NCBI GenBank assembly: GCA_026026165.1 | Contig: JAPEUD010000033.1 | Span: 1-64,000, forward strand | Length of the DNA stretch: 64,000 nt | Direction of reading: 5' to 3' | Origin: Sarea resinae | Lineage: Eukaryota | Shown here: positions 62,366-64,000 of the stretch, piece after piece | Layout of the letters: each line of letters opens with the position of its first letter | How positions within the stretch are numbered: position 1 is the stretch's first letter | The notes under the pieces: model-generated | What the model saw: the letters and a program-made list of their open reading frames with translations, nothing else | What the model was told of the DNA's origin: nothing | Database searches by the model: none | Translations under genes and position numbers: made by a program

Positions 62366-64000
62366 GCTTCTATAGAAGTATCTCTAGAAACTGCTATTCT
62401 TTACACTAATAAGCGGATTAATAAAGAGGCTAGCAAGGTTCTCTACTAGAGGAATAGGTATAAAATATTAGTATATCTATAAAGGTAGAGTCACTTCTAA
62501 GCTACTTAGGTATATACCTTTATCTGCTATATAGGTTTGTTCTTTACTATTATATAATATCTATACACTTTAGCTAAACTTAAGACTAGGCTATAATTAT
62601 TAATACCTATAGCCTTACCTCTATCTTTAGTAAGCTAGATAAAGACCTATATAAATATTACTAAGATCTAAAAAAAGCAATTAAAAAAGCTGTACAAAGT
62701 CTAATAGTCTATAATAATCAATATAGCGTTGTAATCTAGCCTAATAAGAGACTCTTTTAAGAGAAGCTTAAAGACTATAACACTCTTATCTTATTAGAGC
62801 CTCTTATAATCCTTTATATTTAAAAGGTAATAATTAATAGATACTTAAGTGCCTTTAATAGAGTTTCTATAACTAGTTTAAGACTGTATTATAATAGTAT
62901 TAATAGTTCTAAGACTTTAAACCTTCTCTAAGTGTTAAGACTATATTAAACTTTTTTAGGTGTTAAACTTTTTCTAGGTTTTAAACCTCTACTACTATAA
63001 GTAGGTTTAACACCTATACTATTACAATATAGTCCTAACACTTAGAGAAGGTATTACACACCTATACAATGTCTTAACACCTATAGAAAGTCTTACTACC
63101 TATAGAAAGTGTTAGAACCTTTAATAATTAGTAAGGTTCTGCAACTACTAGTAGACTAGTAGGTAAAAGTCAAAAGAAATATAAGACATTCAAAGATTTT
63201 TGCAAATATTAAAATTGTTAAATGTCTCACTAAAAATAGGTGTAGCTATTTTTTTTATAAATTTGAAAATCTCTATATTAAAAAAATATTATAGTTTCTA
63301 TAGGCTATATAGCACTGTAGGGCTATATTTTCTAACAAGTCACATAGCCTAGTTAGTGTAACATTAATAAGTTGATTATATAATGCTCCTAGGATCAATT
63401 CTTACTGTACTTAATTTACTTTTTTTTCGCCTAAATTTTCTATAGGTGTTAAAAAGTCAAGCGGTTTTAAGCAGTGTCAACACCTAGGAGGTGTTAGTAA
63501 CTGTGTTAAAGATCAACACTATTGTAGTACTGTACCACAATTTGTATAGGTGTCAACACCTATAGTAGTAATAACATAGTTTTAACACTGTTTAAACACA
63601 GTTTTAAAATTACCTGATATAGTACTAAGGTAATAAGAAATTCTTTAATTAATTCTAGTAAGATATAAGGTGTACTTTTAAGTACTATAAGAGAGTAAGA
63701 GACTATAAGTAATAAAGTTATAAGTAATAAAGTTAGTTTATATACTTTCTAGATTCTAGGTAGGTACCTAGGTATATAGAGAATGACTTATTAAGATAAT
63801 AGGACTATATAATATATAATTTAATAAAAGATTGCAAATATTTTTATAGAAGTTAAAAGAAGAGAGAGAGAGAGTATATAATTCTAATAGTACTTTCTCT
63901 AGCCTATATTAAGCTAGAGAACCTCTTGCTATATACCTATATAAGAAACTTAATACCTTATTATAAGGGCTACTATTAATAGAGGTGCTATATATAGCTT

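Larger units (their letters stand above)
42810..64000. other. AT-rich RIP-mutated repeat compartment (probable heterochromatin)
   Basis: Abrupt AT increase, pervasive TAG/CTA/TAA, near absence of ORFs in the track, and protein motifs recoverable by reversing C>T/G>A changes. Confidence 0.92.

Overview
Filamentous ascomycete (Pezizomycotina-like) genomic DNA in two compartments. About 1-42.7 kb is GC-balanced and gene-dense with spliceosomal introns. It holds Spo73/Mug65-like, a small LEA-like protein, Cdt1, a conserved hypothetical, proteasome alpha-1, a WKF protein, GH28 endopolygalacturonase, GCP3/Spc98, AtfA bZIP, Get3, HIU hydrolase, a CDK10/11-like kinase, a secreted proline-rich repeat precursor, a 4-TM membrane protein, a Tc1/mariner element and a formate/nitrite transporter. 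About 42.8-64 kb is an AT-rich, RIP-mutated transposon block. It contains a truncated Copia element, several copies of its LTR (with an HSE-like array around an AP-1-like site), and a 14.76-kb TIR element (46299-61056, TA target duplication). That element encodes a Plavaka-type transposase plus cargo genes including an SNF2 helicase, and a matching empty site lies in the same window. The strongest leads are this giant cargo-carrying transposon, the Kex2-type proline-rich peptide precursor (32770-33531), a candidate Pol III structured ncRNA (~25538-25722, minus strand) and the stress-element LTR. All calls are by eye; no database searches were run.
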